Shown here: positions 50,640-64,000 of the stretch, piece by piece
How positions within the stretch are numbered: the stretch's first letter is position 1
How the letters are laid out: each line of letters begins with the position of its first letter
Assembly (NCBI GenBank): GCA_963727775.1
Contig: CAVSHB010000003.1
Span: 320,001-384,000, forward strand
Origin: an uncultured Nitrospiraceae bacterium
GTDB lineage: Bacteria > Nitrospirota > Thermodesulfovibrionia > Thermodesulfovibrionales > SM23-35
Length of the DNA stretch: 64,000 nucleotides
Direction of reading: 5' to 3'
Position numbers and translations under genes: made by a program
Notes under the pieces: generated by a model
Databases searched by the model: none
What the model saw: only the letters and a program-made list of their open reading frames with translations
What the model was told of the DNA's origin: nothing

Positions 50640-51382
50640 AGCTTTAACAATGCTTCGGCAATACAAATATCTTCGGGAGTTGTGATCTTGAGATTCAAGT
50701 ATGAACCCATCACAACCTTTATCTTCCCGCCATATCTTTCTATAAGCGCCGCATCATCTGTTGAGTAAAACCCTTCATTCATCGCCTTATCATATGCCGC
50801 GGCAATACTCCCGTACAGGAAAACCTGCGGTGTCTGGATAGCCCAGAGAGAACTTCTTTTAAGGGTCCTTTTTATAATTCCGTCTTCCGTCTCTTTTATC
50901 GTATCTTTCACCGGGACTGCAAGGACCACCCCGTCGACCCTGTTTAACTTTCCCTCAATATCCGTGTCTGAAGACAAGGCATGGGGGGACAGCATTTCTT
51001 TTATCGCATTTTCAATAAGAACTTTCTCAATAAGAGGTCTCACTCCATCATGTATAAGCACCAGACAATTTTTGTCCTCTATAAGCTTAAGCCCGTTATA
51101 TACTGAATCCTGGCGTTCTCTGCCGCCGGGTGCTATCCTTTGTATCTTGGAAAGCCCGAACTCTTCAATAATCTTCTGCCCCGGCTCCATATCTTCCGGT
51201 TTAAGAACAGGAATTATTTCCGTTATTTCAGAAACACCCTGCAATGCCTGCAAAGATAATGTAATAAGAGGTTTACCGCCAAGTGTTTGAAACGGTTTGT
51301 TGGTTCCCGGGCCAAATCTCTTGCCCAGCCCGGCAGCCGGTAAGATCGCAATGACCTTCACTTTTTTCCGGAGCTGTTTCAT
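50630..51382 (-). CDS. ispD: 2-C-methyl-D-erythritol 4-phosphate cytidylyltransferase
   Basis: PAAGLGKR, GGRERQDSV, IHDGVRP, QTPQ, TDDA and NLKITTPED. Confidence 0.97.
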   Translation of the reverse strand: MKQLRKKVKVIAILPAAGLGKRFGPGTNKPFQTLGGKPLITLSLQALQGVSEITEIIPVLKPEDMEPGQKIIEEFGLSKIQRIAPGGRERQDSVYNGLKLIEDKNCLVLIHDGVRPLIEKVLIENAIKEMLSPHALSSDTDIEGKLNRVDGVVLAVPVKDTIKETEDGIIKRTLKRSSLWAIQTPQVFLYGSIAAAYDKAMNEGFYSTDDAALIERYGGKIKVVMGSYLNLKITTPEDICIAEALLKLCV

Positions 51383-52387
51383 TTACTTTGCCGCCTTCAA
51401 CTCGTCCCTGTCATAATCTTCTTTGAGCTTCGAGAATATCATCCTGCCTGCGGTTGTCTGCAGCACGCTTGTAACAGTCACATCCGTATTTTTTCCTATG
51501 AATCTCCTTGCATTTTCTACAACGACCATAGTCCCGTCATCAAGGTACGCAATCCCCTGATTGTACTCTTTTCCTTCCTTCAGTACAAAAACCTTCATTG
51601 CCTCACCGGGGAGTACAACAGGCTTCAGGGAATTAGCCAGCTCATTTATATTAAGGACCGATACACCCTGAAGTTCTGCGACCTTATTCAGGTTAAAATC
51701 ATTCGTAACAACTTTTGCGTTCATGAGTTTTGCCAATGCAACAAGTTTTGCATCGACCTCTTTTATCTTTGGAAAATCCTCATCAACAATCCTCACTGTT
51801 ATGCGGGACATCTTCTGAATCTTATGAAGGATATCAAGCCCCCGTCTCCCTCTTGCCCGTTTCATCGAATCGGCGGCATCTGCAATGTGCTGCAACTCCT
51901 GAAGGATAAACTGGGGAAGAATAAAAACCCCTTCGAGGAATCCGGTCTCACAAACATCCGCGATCCGTCCGTCTATGATTACGCTTGTATCGAGAATTTT
52001 AAGATGCTCTTCCATCCCCTGACCTTGAAAGAGCCTGAAAATGCCGGCAACAGATAATGATTTGCCCCTGCCCAGGCCGAGCAATAACCCGCCGTAGCCG
52101 AATACCGCCATTAATCCGAAAGATACTGCTTTAACGTCTTCACCAAGATATAGCCATAAGGGGAGCATAAGAAGGTATGCAAATAAAAGCCCGCAGGAAA
52201 TTCCCAATAACCCGCCGATGATTGTACCGAGTTCTATCTTCTTAAATTTTATTTCTGCAGCGATCGCAATAAGACCCAAAGCCGCGCCGGCCAAAACACC
52301 GTATATCATGTAATTATATTTAATGCCGATCATATAACCTGAAAAAGCAAAAAGGATTAAAACAATAAGCCTGTAAACAATAAACAT
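51383..52387 (-). CDS. PIN/TRAM domain membrane protein (YacL-like)
   Basis: LDTSVIIDGRI, RGRRGLD, TNDFNLNKVA and SVLQTTAGRMIF; usual neighbour of ispD. Confidence 0.93.
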   Translation of the reverse strand: MFIVYRLIVLILFAFSGYMIGIKYNYMIYGVLAGAALGLIAIAAEIKFKKIELGTIIGGLLGISCGLLFAYLLMLPLWLYLGEDVKAVSFGLMAVFGYGGLLLGLGRGKSLSVAGIFRLFQGQGMEEHLKILDTSVIIDGRIADVCETGFLEGVFILPQFILQELQHIADAADSMKRARGRRGLDILHKIQKMSRITVRIVDEDFPKIKEVDAKLVALAKLMNAKVVTNDFNLNKVAELQGVSVLNINELANSLKPVVLPGEAMKVFVLKEGKEYNQGIAYLDDGTMVVVENARRFIGKNTDVTVTSVLQTTAGRMIFSKLKEDYDRDELKAAK

Positions 52388-52489
52388 TTTTCAACACCTC
52401 CTTTCCTATAATTTTCAAGAGTAATAAGAGCGGGTATGATGATCGCTGAAGATTAGAGGGACAACCGAACCTAATACATTGATTTGTCT

Positions 52490-53959
52490 TTAAGATGCCT
52501 TGAGAATAACATAAAATTTTTTACCGCTCCTGTTGACAAAAAGAAGGACCGGCTCACTACTTCTTAAGGTTGCGGCAATCCTGTTAAAATCCTCGACGGT
52601 ACCTATTTCTTTTTTATTTATCTCCTTTATTATATCGCCCTTTTTAACCTCGGCTTCATCAGCCGGACTTCCCGGCTCTACCCTTGCAACAACAACTCCT
52701 TTCTCGTCTCTGTTAAACCCGAGTTGCCTTACAATCTCTTTGGTCAGATTCATAACTGTGAGGCCCGTAAGTACCTTTGCATCTGAATCATCCGGTAAAT
52801 GGTTCGGCACGACTTCCGCAACTTCCCTCGGCAATTCAACAATCCCTACCTTAACCGTAAATTCTTTACCCGCCCGGAGTATCCTCATTGTTATTTCATT
52901 CCCTGTTTTACTCTGTGCAACCATATTTCGAAGACTGCTTACATCTTTTACTTCCTTGCCGTTGAATTCAAGAATTACATCGCCTCTTATAATCCCCGCT
53001 CTTGCCGCAGGGCTGTCTTTTGCGACATCGCTGACGAGGGCCCCCTTTGATCTCTTAAGCCCGAACTCCTGGGCAAGCTCGGGAGTAAGTTCCTGGATAG
53101 TAACCCCGATCCACCCACGCGTAACTTTTCCCTTCTGAACAAGCTGGTCCATGACAAGACGCACCATATTGCTGGGTACCGCAAACCCTATCCCCTGATA
53201 ACCCCCTGTCCTTGAAAATATGGCTGTGTTTATCCCGATAAGCTCTCCTTTTATGTTCACCAGCGGCCCGCCTGAATTCCCGGGATTTATCGCGGCGTCT
53301 GTCTGGATAAAGTCTTCATAATCCGCAATTCCAACATTGGCCCTTCCAACCGCGCTTATTATCCCCATAGTTACGGTATTGCTCAGACCATAAGGGCTTC
53401 CTATCGCAAGAACAAATTCACCGACCTGCAGCTTATCCGAATCTCCCCATGACAATGTTGGAAGATTGTTTGCGTCGATTCTTATTATCGCAACGTCTGT
53501 CTTGGGGTCGGCGCCTACTATACGCCCCTTGAAGGTCCTCCTGTCAAGCAGGGTCACTTTTATCTCGTCCGACTTTTCAACAACATGGTTATTGGTAATT
53601 ATGTAACCGTCAGGAGAGACGATGACGCCGGAGCCGAGACTGCGTTCCTTCCATTTCTTCGGCATTCCAAACTCATGGAAAGGGCTGAAAAAATCAAAAA
53701 AGGGATCTTCAAAAAATGGACCTGTATCCCGTTTCATAACCTTCGTTGTAGATATATTCACAACAGAAGGAGAGACGGCGGTGACTATCTCCGAAAATGC
53801 CCTGCCAGTTTCCATAATCTGGCGGGAAACATTTGGGGCAACAGTACGCGGCATATACTTGTATTGGCCTGTAAATTTACCGAGTGCGTAAAATGTGATC
53901 CCCCCCAGGAGAAACCCGATGAGGAGAATGGAGATGCTGATAAGTATTTTCTTCTTCAC
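52490..53959 (-). CDS. DegQ/HtrA (Do family) serine endoprotease
   Basis: TNNHVV, TDVA, FIQTDAAINPGNSGGPL and two PDZ domains. Confidence 0.95.
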   Translation of the reverse strand: MKKKILISISILLIGFLLGGITFYALGKFTGQYKYMPRTVAPNVSRQIMETGRAFSEIVTAVSPSVVNISTTKVMKRDTGPFFEDPFFDFFSPFHEFGMPKKWKERSLGSGVIVSPDGYIITNNHVVEKSDEIKVTLLDRRTFKGRIVGADPKTDVAIIRIDANNLPTLSWGDSDKLQVGEFVLAIGSPYGLSNTVTMGIISAVGRANVGIADYEDFIQTDAAINPGNSGGPLVNIKGELIGINTAIFSRTGGYQGIGFAVPSNMVRLVMDQLVQKGKVTRGWIGVTIQELTPELAQEFGLKRSKGALVSDVAKDSPAARAGIIRGDVILEFNGKEVKDVSSLRNMVAQSKTGNEITMRILRAGKEFTVKVGIVELPREVAEVVPNHLPDDSDAKVLTGLTVMNLTKEIVRQLGFNRDEKGVVVARVEPGSPADEAEVKKGDIIKEINKKEIGTVEDFNRIAATLRSSEPVLLFVNRSGKKFYVILKAS

Positions 53960-54093
53960 TATAATTAATTATAATAGTGGCATTTTATATTGTAAAGTAG
54001 TTGCCCTTGACCAAATACCCATTATTGTGCTAATTTCCAAAGTCTGGCTAATCTATAAAATTAATAAATAATGAGGTCTTTCAGGAGGTTTTA

Positions 54094-55233
54094 ATGTTAA
54101 AACGTTATTTATTGGCGCCTGGCCCAACGCCGGTTCCATCAGAAGTATTGCTTTCTATGGCGGCCCCGATTATACACCACCGTTCGCCTGATTTTTTGCC
54201 TGTGCTCGAGTCGGCAAAGAAAGGTCTTCAGTGGTTATATCAGACCAAGAATGATGTGCTTATATTGAGTTCAACGGGTACCGGTGGAATGGTAGGGGCG
54301 GTCAATAATTTTTTCAATCAGGGAGACCGTGTTATTGTCGTAAATGGCGGGAAATTCGGAGAAAGATGGACAAAGATATGCCAAGCTTATGGCCTTGAGG
54401 TTGAAGAGATTTCCGTTGAATGGGGTTATCCGGTTAAGCCTGCAGTAGTTGCGGAGAAGCTTAAAAAGGACAAGAACATAAAAGGGGTCTTTGTCCAGGC
54501 CTCTGAAACATCAACCGGCGTTTACCACGATATAAAAACGCTGGCGTCAATTGTTAAGAACTATAAAGATACGCTTTTCATCGTCGATGCTATCAGCGCC
54601 CTTGTCGCGCATGACCTGAGGACGGATGAATGGGGTATCGATATTATGGTGGGCGGGTCACAAAAAGGCGTTATGCTGCCCCCAGGCATTGCCTTTGTAA
54701 GTGTTAGTGAAAAGGCATGGGCAAAGGCGGAGACCTCAAAATTACCCAAGTTTTACTTCAATTTTAAGAAAGAACGCGATAATCTTGCCAAAAACCAGAC
54801 CAACTTCACTTCTCCGGTTACGCTGATTATCGGGCTCAATGAAAGCCTGAAGATGCTGCAGACTGAAGGTCTGGAGAAGGTTTTTAAAAGACACGAAACC
54901 CTTGCGAACGCGATGAGAAAGGCCGTTCTGGCCATAGGGTTAGAGCTTTTTCCTAAGGAGTCTCCCTCAAATGCTGTGACGGCTATCGTGGCGCCTGCCG
55001 GGATAGACGGTCAGGCAGTATATAAAAATCTCCGCGAGAAATACGGGATCACAACAGCGGGAGGGCAGGACAGGATAAAGGGGAAAGTATTTAGAATTGC
55101 ACACTTGGGTTATTCAGACCGCTTCGATGTCATAACAGCGGTTGCAGGGATCGAGATGGTATTAAAAGGAATGGGATATCCGGTAAAGCTCGGCGCGGGT
55201 GTGGCCGTTGCGCAGGAACTTTTAATGGTTTAG
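54094..55233 (+). CDS. Class V PLP aminotransferase (alanine-glyoxylate/serine-pyruvate type; possible SerC substitute)
   Basis: APGPTP, HHR, SETSTG, VDAIS, GSQKG and FRIAHLG; directly upstream of serA. Confidence 0.9.
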   Translation: MLKRYLLAPGPTPVPSEVLLSMAAPIIHHRSPDFLPVLESAKKGLQWLYQTKNDVLILSSTGTGGMVGAVNNFFNQGDRVIVVNGGKFGERWTKICQAYGLEVEEISVEWGYPVKPAVVAEKLKKDKNIKGVFVQASETSTGVYHDIKTLASIVKNYKDTLFIVDAISALVAHDLRTDEWGIDIMVGGSQKGVMLPPGIAFVSVSEKAWAKAETSKLPKFYFNFKKERDNLAKNQTNFTSPVTLIIGLNESLKMLQTEGLEKVFKRHETLANAMRKAVLAIGLELFPKESPSNAVTAIVAPAGIDGQAVYKNLREKYGITTAGGQDRIKGKVFRIAHLGYSDRFDVITAVAGIEMVLKGMGYPVKLGAGVAVAQELLMV

Positions 55234-55242
55234 GGAGGATAA

Positions 55243-58124
<2,882 letters not shown>

Positions 58125-58140
58125 TTAAAGAACGGTTCTG

Positions 58141-58632
58141 ATGGAAAGAAAACGGGGATATCAAAGGTATCCGAGGTTTACAAAAAGGCTTGAAGCCGCA
58201 TTCAGTTCCGGCGACCTAAGTTTTAGGGGGATCCTCAGCAATATTTCCTCAAATGGTTTATTTATAAGGACCAACCGGGGATTTACACCTGGAACCGCTA
58301 TTGACATCGAAATCATGATGCCGGACAATAAGGTATCTTTACTCAAAGGTATCGTAAAAAGAACGACCAAGACACCTTTATCATTAATGAAAAACGGCAT
58401 GGGTGTTGAACTTACTGAAAAAGATTCTGTCTTCACGGATTACATGAAATCATTCATGGAAGAAGCCGGGAACGATACCGGAGTAAACGGAAAAGAAAAT
58501 GCCGCCATGCCGGAATTTCAAATTATCGCCTGTCCCCATTGCGGAATAAAAAATAAGATCCGCAGTGAGAAGCTTAATCTCGGGCCTAAATGCGGCAAAT
58601 GCGGAACTTCTTTAGTCATCGACAAGGCCTGA
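58141..58632 (+). CDS. PilZ-domain protein with C-terminal zinc ribbon
   Basis: RYPRF, NISSNGLFI and GMGVE; CPHCGIKNKI...CGKCG. Confidence 0.75.
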   Translation: MERKRGYQRYPRFTKRLEAAFSSGDLSFRGILSNISSNGLFIRTNRGFTPGTAIDIEIMMPDNKVSLLKGIVKRTTKTPLSLMKNGMGVELTEKDSVFTDYMKSFMEEAGNDTGVNGKENAAMPEFQIIACPHCGIKNKIRSEKLNLGPKCGKCGTSLVIDKA

Positions 58633-59320
58633 TTGCGAGATTCTTCAATACTCTCTATCCTTCCCAATGTCCGATATGCGGGAAATCACCTGACGTTTTG
58701 GGTCTTTCACCAATCTGTAGTCCGTGCTGGTCTCAGATAAAAAGATATAACGGGCCGTCTTGCAAAATATGCGCAATGCCCTTTTCATCGGAATATTCCA
58801 CGGTATGCGGGCAGTGCCTGAAAAAACCCCTCCCTTCTCAAAGGTCATGGGATACGGTCTTTATGAAGGGGTCCTCGCAGAAGCTATCAACCAGATTAAA
58901 TTTCATGGCCTTAAAAGGCTCTCCAAACCTTTGGGAAGATTAATGCTCAGTCTGGATTTTCCCGAGGTAGACGGCATTGTGCCGGTTCCCTTAACAATAA
59001 AGGGACTGAGGGCGAGAGGCTTCAATCAGTCTTTGCTCATAGCGAAGTCCTTATCAAAAGAGATGAGGACACCATTGTTAATAGACGTTCTTTTCAAAAA
59101 AAAGGAGACGCATCCTCAAATAGGACTTTCTGCGAAGGAACGGTTGTTGAACCTCAAAAATGCGTTTGAGACTAAAGGTAATATAGAGGACCTGAGCCTT
59201 TTGCTCGTTGATGACGTGATGACAACCGGTGCGACCGTAACAGAATGTTCAAAAACATTGATGAAGGCAGGCGCAAGAGAGGTATTCGTGCTTGTTCTTG
59301 CAAGGGCAGGAATGACGTAG
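58629..59320 (+). pseudogene. comF: ComF-family phosphoribosyltransferase with a frameshift in the A6C4 run at 58821-58830
   Basis: Zinc-ribbon N-terminus (YPSQCPIC..CGQCLKK) and PRTase part (PVPL, RGFNQS, LVDDVMTTGAT) are in different frames; start uncertain. Confidence 0.85.
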
Positions 59321-59358
59321 TGCAACCATTGCTGTTAACCTTACCCGGTAGGGGATTA

Positions 59359-61029
59359 TTATCCTGATTTCATCGGCAAAGTGAAATAAAAGGTTGAACC
59401 CTTTCCGGGTTCCGACTCTACCCAAATTCTTCCACCATGACATTCAACAATTCTCTTACAGATTGATAGACCCAATCCGGTCCCGGGATATTCTTCTTTG
59501 GTATGAAGGCGCTGAAAAATAACAAATATTCTTTCTGCCTGGTTAGGATTTATCCCCATACCGTTATCCCGGACTGAAAAAAACCATTCATTCTCTTTTT
59601 TCTCAACCGAGATATGCACTTTTGGCACGTCCTCACCACGAAACTTGAGAGCATTACCGATCAGGTTCTGGAAGACCCTGCTCAGCTGTGAGGCATCAGC
59701 CATTACCGTCGGCAGAGAACCGTGTGTTACCGTTGCACCGCTCTCTTCGATAGCTGAACCCAGGTTCTTAAGAGACTTTTCTACCAGCAAATTGCAGTCT
59801 GTAGGGTTGAGGACCATACCCTGTAGTTGAACCTTCGAGTACTCCAGCAGATCTCTAATGAGCATTTCCATCCTTTGAACTCCGTCTATCGTGTGGGCAA
59901 TGAACTCCTCGGCTTTATCGTCTAACTTGTCCCCGTAATGCTTTGCCAGCAGCTTTACAAAACCTGAGATTACACGCAAAGGTTCTTGGAGATCGTGAGA
60001 CGCAACATAGGCGAACTGCTGCAAATCAGCATTGGAACGTGCCAGTTCATCCGCCAGATGTTTCAATTCTTTCTCACTTTGCCGCAGGGCAATTTCAGTT
60101 TGTTTATGTTCATTGATTTCGTTTTGGAGTTTTCCATTCGCGGCACTGAGTTCCGCTGTTCGTTCTTTTACAAGTTCTTTAAGGTGTTGACGGTGCTTCC
60201 TTAACTCTTCTTCTTCCCGCTTGCGTTTGGTAATATCCGTGAAAGTCACGACAGCTCCAATGAGTTTGCCGCCCTCCAAGATAGGAGTACTTGCATAAGC
60301 GACAGGAAAACTTGTACCATCCTTTCTCCAGAAGACTTCATCCTTCACACGTCGAATGATTCCATCTTTACAGACCGAATAAATCGGACACTCTTCTTCC
60401 GGATACGGACTGCCGTCTGCCTTTGAATGATGCCAGATTTCGTGACTATCTTTGCCGATGAGTTCTCTGACCCTGTAACCAAGCATCTGCGCAGCAGCGG
60501 AGTTAACAAAGGTATGGCTGCCATTTAAATCTAACCCGAAAATCCCTTCACTGGCGGAGTTCAAGATTAATTCATTTTGACGGCTCAGTTTTTCATTTTC
60601 CTTTTGTGCTTCCTTGCGCTCAAGATGTTCCTCCACTTCCTCCAGAGCCCTCCGTATTGCAGGTCCAAGCCGTGATAAACGCTGCTTAAGAATATAGTCG
60701 GTTGCTCCATTCTTGAGTGTTTCGATAGCGAGCTCTTCGCCCATTGTTCCTGAGACAAAGATAAATGGTACCTCAGGAGTCTTTTCCCGGGCTATAGCGA
60801 GTGCTGAAAGTCCGTCAAAGGAAGGAAGCTTGTAGTCTGCGATGATGATGTCGAATCCACCTCTGTCGAGGGCTGCAACGAAATCGGCTTGAGTTTCGAC
60901 ATGAGTCAGATTACTAATAAAATCTTCCTTTTCCAGTTTAGCCTGAACAAGTTCGACATCATTCTTGTCGTCTTCAAGATAAAGAATGCGCAATGGTTTA
61001 ATGACTTTCGCAGAAATGATATTTTTCAT
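59359..61029 (-). CDS. Hybrid REC-PAS-histidine kinase
   Basis: LEDD..DYKLP REC domain; PAS (FWRKDG); [14 protein letters not shown] and GTGLGL. Confidence 0.93.
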   Translation of the reverse strand: MKNIISAKVIKPLRILYLEDDKNDVELVQAKLEKEDFISNLTHVETQADFVAALDRGGFDIIIADYKLPSFDGLSALAIAREKTPEVPFIFVSGTMGEELAIETLKNGATDYILKQRLSRLGPAIRRALEEVEEHLERKEAQKENEKLSRQNELILNSASEGIFGLDLNGSHTFVNSAAAQMLGYRVRELIGKDSHEIWHHSKADGSPYPEEECPIYSVCKDGIIRRVKDEVFWRKDGTSFPVAYASTPILEGGKLIGAVVTFTDITKRKREEEELRKHRQHLKELVKERTAELSAANGKLQNEINEHKQTEIALRQSEKELKHLADELARSNADLQQFAYVASHDLQEPLRVISGFVKLLAKHYGDKLDDKAEEFIAHTIDGVQRMEMLIRDLLEYSKVQLQGMVLNPTDCNLLVEKSLKNLGSAIEESGATVTHGSLPTVMADASQLSRVFQNLIGNALKFRGEDVPKVHISVEKKENEWFFSVRDNGMGINPNQAERIFVIFQRLHTKEEYPGTGLGLSICKRIVECHGGRIWVESEPGKGSTFYFTLPMKSG

Positions 61030-61372
61030 TTATCTCTTCCTTACGCTTCGCACACTCCCAGGAGGAAGATACGCTTCAGTGCAGTAACCATTCATTTCCC
61101 CTTTATCACTTCTGGAATTGAAACGGAATTTTCTATCTATTCTTAAGGGTTATTCCAATCCGAACATTTCATTGTAATTATATAAAAGCATGACATAAAA
61201 AGTCGTGATTTTATAACAATATGCTTTTTCGATTATATTATTAATAGTATTGAGCACAATAAACGGTAAGAAAAACGAGGCGAAAACAAGAACCCCATAT
61301 GGCGAAGATTCAGTGGTTATTTAAGAAAATATTTGATAAAATAAGCGGATACCTTTTACCGTTTATTAAACA

Positions 61373-62029
61373 ATGATAGATTTACATACACATACTTTTT
61401 TCAGTGACGGCGAGCTTGTTCCTTCGGAGTTGATCAGAAGGGCCGTTGCTATTGGATATAAGGCCATTGCAATAACCGACCATGTCGATTCATCGAATAT
61501 CGATCTTGTAGTTCCAAGGATAGTAAGCGCAATCAAAAAAATAAGGAGTTTTATCTCTATAGAAGTAATCCCCGGCGCCGAGATCACCCATGTCCCGCCC
61601 CAGCTTATACCCGAACTCGTGAAGGAGGCAAGACACCTGGGCGCGAAAATAGTGGTAGTGCACGGCGAGACTCTGGTGGAGCCTGTTGCACCGGGAACGA
61701 ACAGGGCGGCCATTGAAGCGAATACGGATATCCTGGCCCATCCTGGGATAATTTCGGAGGAGGACCTTCTCCTCGCAAAGGAGAAAAACGTGACACTTGA
61801 AATAACCGCACGAAAAGGTCATTGCCTGTCGAATGGGTATGTTGCAACAAGGGCCATGAGGTTCGGTGTTCCGCTTTGTATTAACACCGACGCCCATAGT
61901 CCTTCAGACTTAATAACCAAAGATTTTGCAGTCAGGATACTCCTTGCTTCAGGAATAGACGAAAACCGTATTGAATCCGTATTGAAAAATTCAAAAGACA
62001 TTGTTGAAAAAATTCACAGGAGGGATTAA
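61373..62029 (+). CDS. PHP-domain phosphoesterase (histidinol-phosphatase-like)
   Basis: IDLHTHTFFSDG, ITDH, GAEITH, AHPG and TDAH. Confidence 0.9.
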   Translation: MIDLHTHTFFSDGELVPSELIRRAVAIGYKAIAITDHVDSSNIDLVVPRIVSAIKKIRSFISIEVIPGAEITHVPPQLIPELVKEARHLGAKIVVVHGETLVEPVAPGTNRAAIEANTDILAHPGIISEEDLLLAKEKNVTLEITARKGHCLSNGYVATRAMRFGVPLCINTDAHSPSDLITKDFAVRILLASGIDENRIESVLKNSKDIVEKIHRRD

Positions 62030-62727
62030 TGCCGAAGCTGATAAAGAAAAGGTTGCCGAAGAAGACAACGGATACAGAAACAGAGGTAAAGGAAAAGCTT
62101 TTCAGTATTAAAGATACAATAAAACAGAAACGGGACACCGCTTTAAAGTTTGGTGCGGCAGCTATTATTATATTCATAGCCATTGTCGGCCTGCTGGTTT
62201 ATTCCTACTCTTCCCAGAAAAAGGCAAAGGAGTTGGAACACGAAGCGTACAATATCTATTACAATAACAACCAGGCACAGGCCGTAAATAAAGAGGACCA
62301 GTATAAAAAGGCACTTGAGATATTCAAGAAAGCCTACGATACAAAGAAATCCCCTGCCTCGCTCTTCTATATCGCAGCCTGCTATTATGAGATCGGCAAT
62401 TACGATGACGCGCTAAAGACGCTGAAAGATTTCGTGCAGAGATATTCAAGCGACGATAAATACGCCCCTTTGGCATACCAAAAAACGGCGATTATTTATA
62501 TTAAGAAAGGTGACGTAAACGAGGCGAAGAAAACACTTGACGCCCTTTATAACCTGAAAACGGACATTTACAAAGATTTCGCACTTATGGAATACGGCAA
62601 GCTGCTTGAAAAAACAGGGAAGTCAGACGAGGCAAAGAAAAAATATAATGAACTCGTTACAAAATTCCCAAATTCACCGTTCAAGGATGAGGCAAAAGCA
62701 AAGCTGGCTGAAAAGAAGGCAGGCTAA
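62029..62727 (+). CDS. Membrane-anchored TPR protein (YfgM-like)
   Basis: Single TM segment then TPR-like helices ending in FPNSPF. Confidence 0.8.
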   Translation: MPKLIKKRLPKKTTDTETEVKEKLFSIKDTIKQKRDTALKFGAAAIIIFIAIVGLLVYSYSSQKKAKELEHEAYNIYYNNNQAQAVNKEDQYKKALEIFKKAYDTKKSPASLFYIAACYYEIGNYDDALKTLKDFVQRYSSDDKYAPLAYQKTAIIYIKKGDVNEAKKTLDALYNLKTDIYKDFALMEYGKLLEKTGKSDEAKKKYNELVTKFPNSPFKDEAKAKLAEKKAG

Positions 62728-63983
62728 ATCTTTTTGCCCTTGAGAGCTTTTCTCTTTACTTTAAGCGAAACCTTCTTTACGGATTTCCCCGTATCGGATC
62801 TCTTGTGCTTACCGAGCATTTTCTTTTGCTTATAGGATGCCTTTTTTACTGTTGCACGGTCGTCCTTGTCCAACACAAATTTTTCTTTTGGAGGAAGGAA
62901 GATTTGTGCTCCGGCTGTCAGAGGCATAATCTTTTCCATATCATTGAGATCGAGTAAAACCTGCACAGGCACGCCCGTCTTCTTTGAGATTGTTTTAAAG
63001 GTATCGCCTTTCTTAACTGTGTAAGTATCTACGGTGAACCGCTTTTCCTCAGGTATCTGCGAAAGGTTCTCAAGGAATCTCTCCTTCTTGCCTTGAGGGA
63101 TACGCAGAGTATATTCATGTAAATCGGGAGGAGTACACCACCTCCTCAATTCAGGGTTTAATTCCTTAATCGCCTCAACAGAGGTTCCCGTACACTCGGC
63201 AATAACTTCAAGATCAACAGGAGCTTTTAATATTACCGTATCATAATTCAAAGGCGCATGATATTCAAGGTCGTCAAACCCGTAATTGCCCGGACTGTTT
63301 GCAATCATGCTCGCTGCAATGAACTTAGGGACATAGTCTTTTGTTTCAGGCTTGATATGCTTTGTGGTTAAAAGCGCCCAGTAATCATCGGCCTTTGACT
63401 TATTCAGCGCTCTGAGAATCTTCCCTTCACCGGCGTTGTAAGCAGCCATTGCCAGGTTCCATGAGCCGAACATTTCATAGAGGTCTTTAAGGTAACTTGC
63501 CGCAGCAACCGTGGACTTAATAGGGTCTCTCCTCTCATCCTTCCACCAGTTTATCTCCAGGCCGTATCTCTTAGCTGTGGAGGCAATAAACTGCCAGTAA
63601 CCCGCCGCCCGCGCGGGGGAATAAGCATAGGGGTTGAAGCCGCTTTCGATTAAAGGAAGAAAGACTATTTCTTCAGGGACATCTTTCTCTTTAAGTATCC
63701 CTTTCATGAGATCAATATATTGCCCCGACCTACTGAGCCATATGGAAAACCTCTCTTTTATTTTTTCGGTAAAGAGGGTAATATTTCTTTTGACCGCACC
63801 CACTGCAAGCTCGTTATAACTGTAGTCTTCGACTATTTTGGGACTGAGCTTGAGCGCTTCTTCCGGCAAAGCGGATATCACCGGTTGGTTAACATGCGTA
63901 TCCTGATCAATCTCGGATGCGTAAGCGGGTAATACAAAGAATAAACCGATAAAAAACAGTATTAAAAATCTGGATTTAGGCAT
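62724..63983 (-). CDS. Lytic transglycosylase with LysM domain (MltD-like)
   Basis: LIESGF, AAGYWQF, AAYNAGEG, ETKDYVPK and YTVKKGDT. Confidence 0.92.
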   Translation of the reverse strand: MPKSRFLILFFIGLFFVLPAYASEIDQDTHVNQPVISALPEEALKLSPKIVEDYSYNELAVGAVKRNITLFTEKIKERFSIWLSRSGQYIDLMKGILKEKDVPEEIVFLPLIESGFNPYAYSPARAAGYWQFIASTAKRYGLEINWWKDERRDPIKSTVAAASYLKDLYEMFGSWNLAMAAYNAGEGKILRALNKSKADDYWALLTTKHIKPETKDYVPKFIAASMIANSPGNYGFDDLEYHAPLNYDTVILKAPVDLEVIAECTGTSVEAIKELNPELRRWCTPPDLHEYTLRIPQGKKERFLENLSQIPEEKRFTVDTYTVKKGDTFKTISKKTGVPVQVLLDLNDMEKIMPLTAGAQIFLPPKEKFVLDKDDRATVKKASYKQKKMLGKHKRSDTGKSVKKVSLKVKRKALKGKKI

Positions 63984-64000
63984 ACTATCAATTTTTAGCT

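Noticed and set aside
61029..61094. Short minus-strand ORF ending PPGSVRSVRKR upstream of the hybrid kinase
   Set aside because: It might be the tail of a lost response regulator, but it is too short to support.

Overview
Bacterial chromosomal window. Gene content and order suggest an anaerobic Nitrospirota/Thermodesulfovibrionia-like organism (inference only). Core genes include lpxK (3' part), yjbQ, hup, selA, purF, selB, ispDF, a PIN/TRAM gene, two HtrA proteases, serA, purA and an MltD-like gene. There is also a six-gene operon (2-oxoacid dehydrogenase E1a/E1b/E2, split ADP-forming acyl-CoA synthetase, Glu/Leu/Phe/Val dehydrogenase), a ZraSR/ZraP-like sigma54 module and several two-component genes. 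The 8.5-25.6 kb region is rich in mobile DNA: two IS1380-family elements (one nested in an IS200 tnpA, one in a DUF4239-like gene) and a 5.7-kb composite of a tyrosine integrase + IS91-like Y2 transposase abutting a RIT (recombinase-in-trio) element. Both parts of the composite carry the same TTATGTG(G/A)AG box, and the whole is flanked by a 6-bp direct repeat. A second IS200 splits a TcmP gene next to a DUF5131 gene. The most striking unexplained signal is a ~110-120 nt intergenic element present four times (25461, 33201, 41228, 45529). It folds into a three-way junction with near-invariant junction sequences, covarying stems and strand-consistent G-U pairs, so it is a candidate new structured RNA or single-stranded mobile element. 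Other oddities are a 19-aa Lys/Ala histone-H1-like micro-ORF, a P-type ATPase lacking the PEGL glutamate, and two frameshifted genes. All family assignments come from motif recognition, not database searches.
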